Shown here piece by piece: positions 29,589-40,143 of a stretch of DNA of 64,000 nt. Source of the stretch: Euryarchaeota archaeon UBA91 (GTDB lineage: Archaea; Thermoplasmatota; Poseidoniia; Poseidoniales; Poseidoniaceae); assembly GCA_002499705.1 (NCBI GenBank), contig DAMU01000077.1:4951-68950 (forward strand), read 5' to 3'. Every line of letters begins with the position of its first letter. The stretch's first letter is position 1. The notes below the pieces were generated by a model. The model saw nothing but the letters and a program-made list of their open reading frames with translations. It searched no databases and was not told the origin of the DNA. The position numbers and the translations under genes are program-made.

Positions 29589-31289
29589 GTGCCTGGAGTG
29601 AGTGTTGTATCTCGTGACTGGGATGAAGTTGCAGAGAGTCATTCAACTTCTTCCCATCCGATGGGGACAAGTGCTCATGACCAATACCTGCACGAACCAT
29701 TACGTGGCTGGCATGCCTTTTCTGCAACCTTTCGAGTGATGTTCAAGGAAGAAGGAAGAAAGAGTTTGGAGTTTGCCAAAAAACGTCAGATGGTACTTTT
29801 CCCGTTGCTCCTCACCCTCGTGACTGCAATCACGACTATTGGACTGCAATTTCTTGTTGGAGATTCTTCCGCTCAAGTTTCTGACCTTGAATCGAAAACA
29901 TTCACTTGGCAAGAACTGCGTTTTGCACTTCACCTGCCCTTACTGATGTTCAGTCTCGGAATGGGGACGTTTGCTTTCATGGGCCATGATGCCATTGTTC
30001 ACAGAGCAGGTACGAAAAACTACCTTTTGGCTGCTCCGGCACTGCAGCCATTACCGAACTCAGTGGCTCATTTTGCATACTTTGTCAAAGATCTTTGCTT
30101 CTATGTCATGCTCATTCTCTCTCCAGTTGTGGCTGGTATGGCTGTAGGAATCATGCTCGAAGCAGTTGCTGGAATTTCCACACCCTTGGAATGGACAAGC
30201 CTACCTTGGACTTGGCTTGCTATGATTATCACTCTTGGACAGGGGCTCGCTATCGCCTTTTTAGCCTCCGCTCTATGGATGCGAGGGCGTCCATATACCA
30301 TCATTGGCCCGGTTCTGGTTGTTGCTCTGGGAGTCTCAATTGGAATAGGGGTATTTGAGATTGAAACAATGCTTTGGGGCTTAGGCGTTCAGAGTTCACA
30401 GAACCTTTTCTACGCTGCACTTGCACTCTTCGCTAGCCTCGGTGTCGGGATGTTTTCATCCGCATTAATTATCGATGATTTTGATGTTTCTGTCGTTGAA
30501 CGAGCAGAACTTTTCACTCCGATATACAATCGATTGGGATTCCTTGGCAAAGGTGAAATCCGGTTAATTGTAGCAAAGGAATTTGTCGATTTAATTCGTT
30601 CTGGTTCGATAAAAAAGATGACGGTCTCCTATGCGATTCCCCTCTTAGTACTCCTTGGAATGGCTTGGCTAGTCGATTTTGCAGAGGCTCCTATTCCTAT
30701 CAATCTTCTCTCGTATGCACCATTCCTCGGATTTTTCGGATTCAACTTCTATTCTTGGCTCACCATTTTGGATTCTCCCGAGTTTATGAATGGCTTACCA
30801 CTGAGAGTTCCTCAACTTATTCGGGCAAAAGTCGTGGTTTATTTCCTTGCCACTTCTTGGATATCTCTAATTTTTATTGTCCTCATGGCATGGCGACTGG
30901 ATGAGTGGGGAGCGTTACCTACAAGCATCATTGTCATGTTTGCAAATTCCATTTACATTGTCGCTCTCACTGCCTTCTTAATGGGGTTACGACCCAATAA
31001 AGCTATTTTTGATGCTTCGATTATGATCTGGTTTTGGATAGGAACCGTCATCCCCTTACTGATGTTGTTCTTACTTTCATTTACTCAAGGAGACGTTTCC
31101 TTGTATGGAAATTGGTGGGAAAGGGCGTCTCAAGAAGGATTGGCTGCTACCGCTTCAATGTATGATCAAAGCATGGTTGAGCAAGGCTACAAAGGAATGA
31201 TTGCAATTTCTGTGGGATTGATTTTCGCATCTGGTTTACTGTGGAAGTTGATGGATCGCCGATGGGGACGAGCAGAGTTTTCAAATTGA
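29589..31289 (+). CDS. Putative ABC exporter permease
   Basis: Many TM segments; 2 nt downstream of the ABC ATPase; KEFVDLIRS pattern typical of ABC-2-like permeases. Confidence 0.7.
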   Translation: MPGVSVVSRDWDEVAESHSTSSHPMGTSAHDQYLHEPLRGWHAFSATFRVMFKEEGRKSLEFAKKRQMVLFPLLLTLVTAITTIGLQFLVGDSSAQVSDLESKTFTWQELRFALHLPLLMFSLGMGTFAFMGHDAIVHRAGTKNYLLAAPALQPLPNSVAHFAYFVKDLCFYVMLILSPVVAGMAVGIMLEAVAGISTPLEWTSLPWTWLAMIITLGQGLAIAFLASALWMRGRPYTIIGPVLVVALGVSIGIGVFEIETMLWGLGVQSSQNLFYAALALFASLGVGMFSSALIIDDFDVSVVERAELFTPIYNRLGFLGKGEIRLIVAKEFVDLIRSGSIKKMTVSYAIPLLVLLGMAWLVDFAEAPIPINLLSYAPFLGFFGFNFYSWLTILDSPEFMNGLPLRVPQLIRAKVVVYFLATSWISLIFIVLMAWRLDEWGALPTSIIVMFANSIYIVALTAFLMGLRPNKAIFDASIMIWFWIGTVIPLLMLFLLSFTQGDVSLYGNWWERASQEGLAATASMYDQSMVEQGYKGMIAISVGLIFASGLLWKLMDRRWGRAEFSN

Positions 31290-31346
31290 ATCAGATTCCA
31301 TTCTTTGTGAGGTATCTTGATGAGCGTTCGGCTCCGCCCTTCAAGC

Positions 31347-31904
31347 ATGGCCCGAGTCGTTGCAGTATGCGGTATGCCGGGCTCTGGTAAGGGAGAGTTT
31401 GCCCAAGTTCTCACCGAAAACAAAATTCCAGTTCTTTCTATGGGCGACATGGTTCGTGCTGAAGTCCGACGCTTAGAACTGGAGGAAAGTCCAGGTATTT
31501 TCGGAGAGATTGCTGCTCAATTACGCACACTGCATGGAGAAGATGTACTGGCTGTGCGGTTAGCAGACGCTGTAGATACACACTTGGAATCGAATTCACT
31601 TGTTTTAATCGAAGGAATGCGGGGTACGGCTGAACGAATCGTGTTTGAAAATCGATGGGGTGAAAATTTCTTTTCCGTAGCAGTGGTTGCATCTCCTGAT
31701 GTTCGGTTCACTCGGATTCAAAATCGTGGACGATCAGAAGACGGCGACTTAAACGCATTTGAGGTTCGAGATGCCCGTGAACGTGGATGGGGGCTGGAAG
31801 AAATTATCAAAGAATCAAATTTTATTATCGACAATAATGTCGAACTTGACACCTTTCGCAACTCATGCCATGCTTGGCTTGAATCTTTCACAAACCAAGA
31901 ATAA
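31347..31904 (+). CDS. UPF0200 / archaeal P-loop nucleotide kinase-like protein
   Basis: GMPGSGKG, SMGDMVR, IEGMRG, RGRSED, RDARERGWGL. Confidence 0.8.
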   Translation: MARVVAVCGMPGSGKGEFAQVLTENKIPVLSMGDMVRAEVRRLELEESPGIFGEIAAQLRTLHGEDVLAVRLADAVDTHLESNSLVLIEGMRGTAERIVFENRWGENFFSVAVVASPDVRFTRIQNRGRSEDGDLNAFEVRDARERGWGLEEIIKESNFIIDNNVELDTFRNSCHAWLESFTNQE

Positions 31905-32035
31905 TCGTTCCCGCTAAAAGGGCGTGAATGGTGAATAATTTTGAGCCGCAGGGTGGCGGTTTTAGGGGTGTTTTTCACCCAAGTGTTATAGTCGGCCATA
32001 GCCTGTGATAAATTGCTTCGGCAGAGGGTGCACGT

Positions 32036-33562
32036 ATGGCGAGAAAACAAAACAAAGGTGGAGGCAAGCGTCAGCGGGCAAAACAACGTGCCCAATACGA
32101 TGAACTCGACAAGTATCCCGTCATGCCTCCGCACGCTTTTGCACGCATTGTTCGTGACAAGCAAACTTTGAACATTATTTACCAAATTATTGAGCCTCCA
32201 ATGACGAAAAAGGAACAAGAATATCGTGACGAAATTCTCGATATTTTTATTCGTTCGCTGACGGCAAATATTGAAGAAATCGATGCCAATCCTGAAGCAT
32301 ATATCCGCACAGCAATGGATAAGGTCATCAAATCATACGGCATGAAAATTAATAAAAAATCAAAATCGAAGATTTTCTACTATCTGCGCCGTGACTTGAT
32401 TGGATACGGTCAAATGGATGTCCTGATGAACGACATTAACGTCGAAGATATCTCTTTGGATGGAACTGGTGTACCTATTTTCGCCTATCATCGAAAGTTT
32501 GAATCGGTCGAAACAACATGTGTCTGGAATACCGATGATGAATTAGAATCGTATGTTATCAAACTCGCTCAACGCTGTGGCAAGCACATATCGGTTGCTG
32601 ACCCACTGCTTGACGCTACACTCATGGATGGTTCAAGAATTGTCATGAAACTTGGCCATGAGATTTCCACACGTGGTTCGGCCTTCTGTATTCGACGATT
32701 TAAGGACGATCCGTTTTCCCCTGCGGACATCGTTGCGTTCCGAACAATGTCTTCTCTCATGGTTGCTTACCTTTGGATTGGATTCCAAAATGAAGTACCT
32801 ATGCTGTTTGTCGGAGGAACTGCTTCCGGTAAGACGACAACTCTGAACGCGATGTGTATTTTTATTCCATGGCAGATGAAGATTGTCTCCATTGAATCAA
32901 CTCGTGAAGTCAACATTCCTCAACCAAACTGGGTTCCAGGTTTAACGCGGCAAGGTTTCGGTGGAGAATCAACCGAAGGTGTCATTGGTGAGTTCGAGTT
33001 GCTCAAAGCAGCACTTCGTGAACGGCCTGAATACATTATTGTCGGTGAAATTCGTGGTGCAGAAGCTTATGTTCTGTTCCAAGCGATGGCGACAGGTCAC
33101 TGTGCATATTCAACTGTCCACGCTGACTCTGTTCCTTCGCTGGTCCACCGATTGGAAAACAAACCAATTGATATCCCGCGTGTTCTTTTGCCAGCATTGG
33201 AAGCATGTGCGATTCAAATTCAAACCCGTATCAATGGAAAGCGTGTTCGTAGAACCAAGCAACTGGTCGAGATTGTTGGAATTGATCCGAACTCACTGGA
33301 AATTATCACCAATGAAGTATTCCGTTGGGACGTAAATACAGATGACTTCATCTTTAGCGGTAAATCCTATGTTTTGGAAAAAATCATGGTCAAACTCAAT
33401 TATTCACAAGACGATATGCGTCGTGAATTACGAACACGCAAGCGCATCTTGGAATGGATGGTCTTGAATGATATACGAAAAGCAGACCAAGTGTCTCAAA
33501 TTGTCACAGAATATTATGTGCGACCAACTGAAATTTTAGCACGTGTTGACGGACTTCGTTGA
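32036..33562 (+). CDS. Type IV pilus / type II-IV secretion assembly ATPase (PilB/TadA-like)
   Basis: VEDISLDG, GGTASGKTT, ALRERPEYIIVGEIRG, AMATGH..STVHA. Confidence 0.93.
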   Translation: MARKQNKGGGKRQRAKQRAQYDELDKYPVMPPHAFARIVRDKQTLNIIYQIIEPPMTKKEQEYRDEILDIFIRSLTANIEEIDANPEAYIRTAMDKVIKSYGMKINKKSKSKIFYYLRRDLIGYGQMDVLMNDINVEDISLDGTGVPIFAYHRKFESVETTCVWNTDDELESYVIKLAQRCGKHISVADPLLDATLMDGSRIVMKLGHEISTRGSAFCIRRFKDDPFSPADIVAFRTMSSLMVAYLWIGFQNEVPMLFVGGTASGKTTTLNAMCIFIPWQMKIVSIESTREVNIPQPNWVPGLTRQGFGGESTEGVIGEFELLKAALRERPEYIIVGEIRGAEAYVLFQAMATGHCAYSTVHADSVPSLVHRLENKPIDIPRVLLPALEACAIQIQTRINGKRVRRTKQLVEIVGIDPNSLEIITNEVFRWDVNTDDFIFSGKSYVLEKIMVKLNYSQDDMRRELRTRKRILEWMVLNDIRKADQVSQIVTEYYVRPTEILARVDGLR

Positions 33563-33584
33563 AAGCAATACATGAGGTGATTCG

Positions 33585-34604
33585 ATGGACTTGACCACAT
33601 GGCAGAGGATTTGTAATCGCATCCTCGGTCGTTTGCTGCGTAAACGTGCACGCCGTGACAAAGAATTGTCTGAAAGCCTTGTCAAAGGTTCGATGCCAAT
33701 GATGCCAGAGGTTTATCTTGCCACTGCAATCATGACCACGATTGCCATTACCCTCATATCTTGGGCTTTTGTTTCTTTATTCTTTATTCCAGACATTGGC
33801 ATAATTGCTTACTGGGAGGGCATCCAAGATGCATCAACCGTGAACTATTGCTTTGAATGGGAATATTGGAATCAAGATTTAATCGACCCTTCTAAACCGG
33901 GTAATGGCTGTGATGGTTTCGCATACCAGGTGTTCCCTCCATTCCTCAAAGTGCTCATCGTTGCTCTTGGAGGATTGATCATTCCTTACTTCGCATTCAA
34001 TTACAACAAAAATGGTGCAAAGCGAGAAGCAAAGCGACGTGGAGATATGATTGAGAAATACCTTCCTTACGCTGCATCATACACCGCAGCAATGTCTGCA
34101 GCAAATGCAACACCTTCGAAGATTTTTAGGTCGCTTGCCATGAATAAGGAAATTTATGGAGACGTTGCAGATGACGCTGCTATGGTCTATCGGGATGTGA
34201 CTCTTTTGGGTTATGACTTGATTACTGCAATGAAGATGAGTGTTGATCGTGCAGCGTCCGTTTGGCTTACTGAATTTTTCCAAGGAATGGTTGGAACGCT
34301 GACTGCTGGTGGACAACTCAAATTGTATTTCCTTAACCGTGCTGAACACTACATGCGTGAAAACAGAACTCGTCTTCAGATGTTCTTAGAATCAATCGCA
34401 CTGCTCGCCGAATCATACATTGTCGTCGCTGTTGCAATGCCTCTGTTTTTGATTGTCATGCTTGTCATTATGTTCTGGGTTTCAGGTTCTGGCGCACAGA
34501 TGTCAGAAGGAATGCTGTATGGAATTGTCTTAGGATTCGTGCCAATGATTCACATCGCTTATGCGATATTGGTATGGACGAGCAGTAAAGAACAAGAAAT
34601 GTGA
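33585..34604 (+). CDS. T2SSF-family (TadB/C, PilC-like) platform protein
   Basis: IEKYLPYAASY, YGDVA, GYDLITA, EFFQGMVGTLTAGGQL, ALLAESY; follows the ATPase. Confidence 0.85.
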   Translation: MDLTTWQRICNRILGRLLRKRARRDKELSESLVKGSMPMMPEVYLATAIMTTIAITLISWAFVSLFFIPDIGIIAYWEGIQDASTVNYCFEWEYWNQDLIDPSKPGNGCDGFAYQVFPPFLKVLIVALGGLIIPYFAFNYNKNGAKREAKRRGDMIEKYLPYAASYTAAMSAANATPSKIFRSLAMNKEIYGDVADDAAMVYRDVTLLGYDLITAMKMSVDRAASVWLTEFFQGMVGTLTAGGQLKLYFLNRAEHYMRENRTRLQMFLESIALLAESYIVVAVAMPLFLIVMLVIMFWVSGSGAQMSEGMLYGIVLGFVPMIHIAYAILVWTSSKEQEM

Positions 34605-34618
34605 AAGGAGGTGAGAAA

Positions 34619-36196
34619 ATGGCGCGTAAAAAGGAGAAAATTACGGTTAAGTTGGACCTGCCTAAGGACGATTCCACACTCACCAAACTTTACGCAATTC
34701 TGTTTGTTTCGATTCTGTTAGGATTGGGTACTGCTACGGTTTGGGCAACAAATTCAGGATTTATTCCGACCCAAAATGGCGAACCAATGTTTACCAATTT
34801 GTATTGTGGACTTACCGCAAAAGATTCTCAAGGAAATTCGATGGGAGAACAGTTCAACTCAAATGTCAAACCTGATTATTCCGCTAATCAGTCTTGCTCA
34901 ATACTTCAAGACGCACCCGATCGAGTGGTTTGGGAAGGAGAAGAATGGAACACGTTAACCAAACAAGGGAAAAATTTCGATGTTCCAGGCGTTGACCCCG
35001 ACCAAACTGGCGGCCTGACAGTCTTGCAACCCTTGTGGGTGAATTGCAGCGTTTCAGCAGACACACAAACCGATTACGTTGTAGCCATTCGCTCTCAAAG
35101 TGGCGAAATCATGGACTCTTACTCCGGCACCACCGATACCGCAAACGATGATTGTCAAATTGAAATGGTCAACATTCCACCAGATACCCGCTATGAGTTC
35201 ATTGTATTTTCAATGGAAGAAGGCAAAAGAATTTCGTCGTTTAATTTCGACATGACCGTTCACTACTATGACGGAATTCCCTCGAACATGAACAACAAGT
35301 CGTTTTGGCTCGGCCCTGAGGTTGAGTTAGGACCGAAGTCAATTCGTCCATTTATCTTCCTCAACTTCTTCGGAATGATGTTCTTTTTCTTCCTATACCC
35401 CGCTTCCTTCTACTGGGAACGTGTTGAAAATGCCAAAAACGAAGTCGAGGAAAAATTCCCTGATTTCCTTCGTGACCTTGCAGAATACTGGAAGGGAGGT
35501 CTTTCGATGACTGTGGCGATTCAAACACTGGCCACATCAGAATATGGCGCACTGAATGACGAAGTCAAGAAAATGTCTGACCAGTTGAGTTGGGGTATCA
35601 AATTTAGCGATGTTATCAAGCAATTTGCTGAGCGAGTTGGAACGCCACTGGTTCAAAGAGCGATTGCTTTGATTGCTGAAGCAGACCGAGCAGGTGGTAA
35701 AATTTCAGACATTCTTGTGACGGCTGCGAACGACTCACGAGAATTGAAATTCCTTGAAGGTGAACGGCGAAGAGCTATTGGTTCTTACATTGCGGTTATT
35801 TGGACTTCGTACTTCGTTTTCCTCGGCGTGATTGTCACACTCGCAGTTGTCTTTATTCCGGCTATTGCAGGCTCAAATTCCAGCGGAGAAGAAGGTGGAG
35901 ACAGTGGAGGTCAAACGATTGGAAACATGACGATTCGGAACATCGACCCCTTGTTTTTCTTGACGGTTTTCTATTATGGAGTCACCATGCAAGCGGTTGG
36001 AAATGGTACCATGGCAGGTTTGATGTCAACCGGTCGGTTCTCAACTGGTTTCAAGCACTCTGGAATGATGATTCTCGTGTCATTACTGGTGTTTAACTTC
36101 CTTGCATTCACACCAAATTTGATTGGAATTACCGAAGTACCTGGACTCAATCCATCATCGGGTACATTCATACCTTCTCCGTTATTCTTGGGGTGA
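34619..36196 (+). CDS. Second T2SSF-family platform protein with a large extracytoplasmic insert
   Basis: FPDFLRDLAE, EYGALNDEV, QLSWG, AGGKISDIL; SD GGAGGTGA upstream of ATG 34619. Confidence 0.85.
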   Translation: MARKKEKITVKLDLPKDDSTLTKLYAILFVSILLGLGTATVWATNSGFIPTQNGEPMFTNLYCGLTAKDSQGNSMGEQFNSNVKPDYSANQSCSILQDAPDRVVWEGEEWNTLTKQGKNFDVPGVDPDQTGGLTVLQPLWVNCSVSADTQTDYVVAIRSQSGEIMDSYSGTTDTANDDCQIEMVNIPPDTRYEFIVFSMEEGKRISSFNFDMTVHYYDGIPSNMNNKSFWLGPEVELGPKSIRPFIFLNFFGMMFFFFLYPASFYWERVENAKNEVEEKFPDFLRDLAEYWKGGLSMTVAIQTLATSEYGALNDEVKKMSDQLSWGIKFSDVIKQFAERVGTPLVQRAIALIAEADRAGGKISDILVTAANDSRELKFLEGERRRAIGSYIAVIWTSYFVFLGVIVTLAVVFIPAIAGSNSSGEEGGDSGGQTIGNMTIRNIDPLFFLTVFYYGVTMQAVGNGTMAGLMSTGRFSTGFKHSGMMILVSLLVFNFLAFTPNLIGITEVPGLNPSSGTFIPSPLFLG

Positions 36197-36200
36197 TTGA

Positions 36201-36641
36201 ATGCGTCATGATGAAGATGCTCAGGTTCACATCCTTGAGATGCTGACACTGTTTTGGCTGTTCTTCATGTCGGCGACCTTTCTCATCCGGATACACGTCC
36301 CGGATGCACCCAGCGTCGCTCATGATGCTGCATTGGAAATTACGGGAGACGATGCATTTCGATATGGACTGAGTTTAGAGGCTGAAGTCTCTGGTGAAAA
36401 TCGGTTGAGTGAGTTGTTACAGAATGGTGAACTTGACGAAGCTTGTTTCCTATTACAAAATCAAATTGCCGCTGGAAAAGAAGCAAACTGCTGGTTAGCA
36501 CAAAACAGTGGGACATCTGTACCTTACGGCAACACTGGAACTCCGGCTGGAGAAACGGTAACCGTACACCACCTGCTGGCAATCGATGAAAATTCATGGA
36601 CAGTCACACTCGATGTTTGGAATCGAGGAGGTGGTGCTTGA
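36201..36641 (+). CDS. Pilin-like protein with putative class III signal peptide
   Basis: MRHDEDA|QVHILEMLTLFWLFF hydrophobic segment; in the pilus operon. Confidence 0.65.
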   Translation: MRHDEDAQVHILEMLTLFWLFFMSATFLIRIHVPDAPSVAHDAALEITGDDAFRYGLSLEAEVSGENRLSELLQNGELDEACFLLQNQIAAGKEANCWLAQNSGTSVPYGNTGTPAGETVTVHHLLAIDENSWTVTLDVWNRGGGA

Positions 36642-37090
36642 TGTATATGCAAACCCGCCACTCAAATGAAGACCGAGATGCTGGGCAAATGCTTCTGGCA
36701 ACTGGCGTTGTTCTGTTGATGTCTTTACTTTCCATGGCTATTTTTGGCGTAAAGGTTGCTGGTTTAACGATGCCCTATGAAACTGCATCTGATGGAGTAT
36801 TGGTGGCTTCTTTGGAGGCGGTCGACGCAATTCCCGAACTGACTGAAGCACGTACACAATTGTGGATCGATGGCGGACTTGAACCTCTTGAGGCTGGTGA
36901 AACAGCCTATCAAAGCGTCCATGATGACTTACTCCACCATGGTGAGTTGCGCGGTATTGAAATTAAAATCATCAATATGCAAGTCAACGAAACATCTGCC
37001 ACAACACTTCATTTTACGGGTGAATTAGGAATATCAGATGGTTCAGCAATGCTGACCACTTTGATTAGTTTCGATGTCGTTCATGCTTAA
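36641..37090 (+). CDS. Pilin-like protein with putative class III signal peptide
   Basis: RDAG|QMLLATGVVLLMSLL; TGATG stop/start overlap with the previous gene. Confidence 0.65.
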   Translation: MYMQTRHSNEDRDAGQMLLATGVVLLMSLLSMAIFGVKVAGLTMPYETASDGVLVASLEAVDAIPELTEARTQLWIDGGLEPLEAGETAYQSVHDDLLHHGELRGIEIKIINMQVNETSATTLHFTGELGISDGSAMLTTLISFDVVHA

Positions 37091-37752
37091 CTACGCTGAA
37101 CGTGCTCGTTCCAAGCAAGGTCCAACAGATGTTTAATTCGGTCAGTATCTTTACTCACTCTGGAAAGGTCAACTATGGGCCATGATGCAATTTTAGCTCG
37201 TTCAATCAAACCATCTTGAATTGCTCGAATGCGAGGAAAAGCCGCTAAATAGCGATCAGCACGACGGAAAGAGTGGGCATCTCTGGAACGAATCATCGAA
37301 CGATGTCGGTCTTCTTCACCAACAGTCATCACCAAGCCAATCGCAATTCCTCCGGCTTCACGCCAACTGCGTAACAAGCGTTCACTCGGATTGATGTGGA
37401 CTCCTTCGATTAACAAATCAATACCTTCACGCCGTGCACGGTCAATGGTTGCAACTATACCTCCTTCAACTGCTTGACAAGTGTCTAACCAATCGATGAC
37501 TGGTTCTCCTGAACTACCCCTTGAGAAGGATGAGCGATGGAGTGCTGGTTCCTTTCTATCCTCATCGCATGAACGCATGATTTCTCGAACAGCATCGGTT
37601 GAAAGAAGGCGAGCAAAACCAATATCCGCTGCAAGTTGAACTGACGCTGTAGACTTGCCTGTTCCGGTAGCACCCGCAATGACAAGCAGTCGAGGAGCAC
37701 GGGCAGCGATGGTGCGAGCAGCGGCATCTGCCAAACCTACCTCTCGAGCCAT
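37087..37752 (-). CDS. 2-phosphoglycerate kinase-like P-loop protein
   Basis: IAGATGTGKST, LSTDAVREIMR, LHRSSF, LIEGVH. Confidence 0.75.
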   Translation of the reverse strand: MAREVGLADAAARTIAARAPRLLVIAGATGTGKSTASVQLAADIGFARLLSTDAVREIMRSCDEDRKEPALHRSSFSRGSSGEPVIDWLDTCQAVEGGIVATIDRARREGIDLLIEGVHINPSERLLRSWREAGGIAIGLVMTVGEEDRHRSMIRSRDAHSFRRADRYLAAFPRIRAIQDGLIERAKIASWPIVDLSRVSKDTDRIKHLLDLAWNEHVQRS

Positions 37753-37872
37753 ACTGTATGCACAGAGAACTCGCTTCAAGAGTCTTTTTACCTCAAAGGA
37801 CTGCTTTTCCGTTCTTTGAAACCAAGTCAAGCCAAGCGAATACCTTTGAGGGGACAGCCCTTGGAGTGGAAT

Positions 37873-39309
37873 ATGAGCGCAAAACAGATGTCGATTGATG
37901 GAAAATGGTGCGATGCAGAGGACGGCGCTACTGCCGATATACTCAACCCAGCCACAGGTGAAGTAATGGCTACGACCCCAAAAGCAACTCTTGCTGACGT
38001 GAACCGATGTGTTGATGCTTCGACGGCTGCATTCAATGATTCTTCTTGGAAAAATATGGACCCTGCCCAACGCGGTCGAATCCTCAACAAAATGGCACAA
38101 GCAACCTATGCCAAAGCGAAAGAACTTGCAGTTATAGAATCCAACAATAACGGGAAAACCTTCCGAGAAGCACTTTCTGAAATCCGCTACGGAGCGTGGA
38201 CACTCGAATACTTCGCAGGACTATCGGATAAAATCGAAGGCAGTACCATTCCAGTCCCAGGAAATCGACTGAACTATACATTACGCCAACCGCTTGGCGT
38301 AACTGTTCACATTATCCCATGGAACTTCCCACTCCAACTGGCACTTCGATCCATTGCACCAGCACTTGCTGCAGGATGCACCGTCATTGCAAAGCCAGCT
38401 TCTTGGACGCCTCTGTCTTTACTTGCATGGGCAAAAGCAATGGAAGAAGCAGAAGTCGGACTCCCATCAGGAGTTCTTCAGGTTATTACAGGCTCTGGCG
38501 GTCTCATTGGTGATGCACTTGCTGGACATAAAGGCGTAGATGGAATTGTCTTGACCGGAGGAGTTCCTACTGGACAAACAGTCATGGCCAAGGCGAGTGA
38601 AAACCTAACACCCGTCACACTTGAACTCGGTGGAAAAGGCGCCAATATTGTCTTCCCTGATGCGAATCTAAGATACGCTGCAAAGGCAATTTGCTTTGGA
38701 ATTTTCATGAATGCTGGACAAATGTGTTGGGCTGGTTCTCGACTGATTGTTCACGAAGATGTCCACGATGAGTTGGTCGATGCCGTCGTTGCTGAAGTCG
38801 GCAAATGGAAAGTCGGACCTGGAATGGAAGAAGGCGTCCGTATTGGAAGCCTCGTTCATCAAAACCACCGCAAAGAGGTCATGGAGAAGTTATCTGCTGG
38901 ACTCGCTATGGGCGGCAAAGTCGTTTGTGGTGGAAACATCATCGAAGGCGATGGAGCATTTATGGAAGCAACTGTTGTCACTGGAGTTGACAATGAAAAT
39001 CTCCTCTTCAATGATGAGTTATTCGGGCCAGTGCTATCGGTAACATCCTTCAGCGAAGACGCTGAAGCATTGTCTTTGGCGAATGACTCACCGTTTGGAT
39101 TGCTCAATGGCATATGGACCAACAACCTCAGCCGAGCACATTCAATGGCCCGTGATTTAGAAAGTGGTATGGTTTCTATCAATGAATATCCCATCACATT
39201 CCCTCAAACTGCGTTTACCGGATGGAAACAATCTGGAATTGGTGTCGAACAAAGCCAGGACGCAATGCGATTCTATACCAAAGTAAAGAATGTCAACATC
39301 AAACTTTGA
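37873..39309 (+). CDS. NAD(P)-dependent aldehyde dehydrogenase
   Basis: IPWNFP, KPA, LELGGK, FMNAGQMCWAGSR, ELFGPV, GWKQSG. Confidence 0.95.
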   Translation: MSAKQMSIDGKWCDAEDGATADILNPATGEVMATTPKATLADVNRCVDASTAAFNDSSWKNMDPAQRGRILNKMAQATYAKAKELAVIESNNNGKTFREALSEIRYGAWTLEYFAGLSDKIEGSTIPVPGNRLNYTLRQPLGVTVHIIPWNFPLQLALRSIAPALAAGCTVIAKPASWTPLSLLAWAKAMEEAEVGLPSGVLQVITGSGGLIGDALAGHKGVDGIVLTGGVPTGQTVMAKASENLTPVTLELGGKGANIVFPDANLRYAAKAICFGIFMNAGQMCWAGSRLIVHEDVHDELVDAVVAEVGKWKVGPGMEEGVRIGSLVHQNHRKEVMEKLSAGLAMGGKVVCGGNIIEGDGAFMEATVVTGVDNENLLFNDELFGPVLSVTSFSEDAEALSLANDSPFGLLNGIWTNNLSRAHSMARDLESGMVSINEYPITFPQTAFTGWKQSGIGVEQSQDAMRFYTKVKNVNIKL

Positions 39310-39318
39310 GGTGAAGCA

Positions 39319-40107
39319 ATGAGCGTTCAATCGAGTGATATGGGGAATGGTATACGTCTGATTCGTTTCTCTGGTCAATCTGCTGCACAGTCTTTTTCTC
39401 GAGAATTTTTACCACAGATTGCCAAAGCCATCGACCAAGGCCTCACGAACCCAAACGTACGGGCTTTGGTTCTCACCGGTGAAGGCAAATTCTTCTCCGC
39501 TGGAGCAGATATCAATGCATTTGCTCAAGCCATCAAGGATGAAGATGCTCCACAACTCATTCGTGATCTAACCGGCGTTCTTCATCCACTCTTGATGAGA
39601 ATGCGCCAATCACCGAAAATCTCCATCGCTGCGATAAACGGCGCATGTGCCGGAGGCGGACTCGGTTTGGCTCTCGCTTGTGATGCAAGAATCGCATCTT
39701 CAAAAGCCAAAATGGCCGCCTCGTATTCAGGAATGGGATTGTCACCAGACGGTGGCACAACGTGGCTCTTACCTCGTCTGGTCGGCGACCAAGTGAGTAG
39801 AAGATTCTTCTTTGAAAATGAAATATGGGATGCAGAACAGTGTGTCTCAGTTGGAGCAGTTGACGCCTTGGTCGATGATGAGCAACTCATTGAAGCAGCT
39901 GGAGAAATGGCAAAAAGATGGAGTCAATGGGGTAATCACACAAAGGAAGCGACCAAACACTTACTCGACATTCAGTCTGTTCATGATTTTGAAACTCATC
40001 TGAAGCATGAACGCACACTCATTGAAGCTGCAGGGACAACTGAAGCCTTCAAGGAAGGTGTAGCAGCTTTTATCGAAAAGCGTAAACCCAACTTTCAACC
40101 TGAGTAA
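39319..40107 (+). CDS. Crotonase-family isomerase, PaaG-like
   Basis: FSAGADI, AGGGLGLALACD (no catalytic Glu), GLSPDGGTTWLLPRLVG with Asp as in PaaG. Confidence 0.75.
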   Translation: MSVQSSDMGNGIRLIRFSGQSAAQSFSREFLPQIAKAIDQGLTNPNVRALVLTGEGKFFSAGADINAFAQAIKDEDAPQLIRDLTGVLHPLLMRMRQSPKISIAAINGACAGGGLGLALACDARIASSKAKMAASYSGMGLSPDGGTTWLLPRLVGDQVSRRFFFENEIWDAEQCVSVGAVDALVDDEQLIEAAGEMAKRWSQWGNHTKEATKHLLDIQSVHDFETHLKHERTLIEAAGTTEAFKEGVAAFIEKRKPNFQPE

Positions 40108-40143
40108 AACGATGCTCTCTCGTAAAATTCTACGAAGATTCAA

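Noticed and set aside
32036..37090. Archaellum (arlI/arlJ) operon
   Set aside because: No archaellins or arlF/G/H; two separate T2SSF genes point to a type IV pilus
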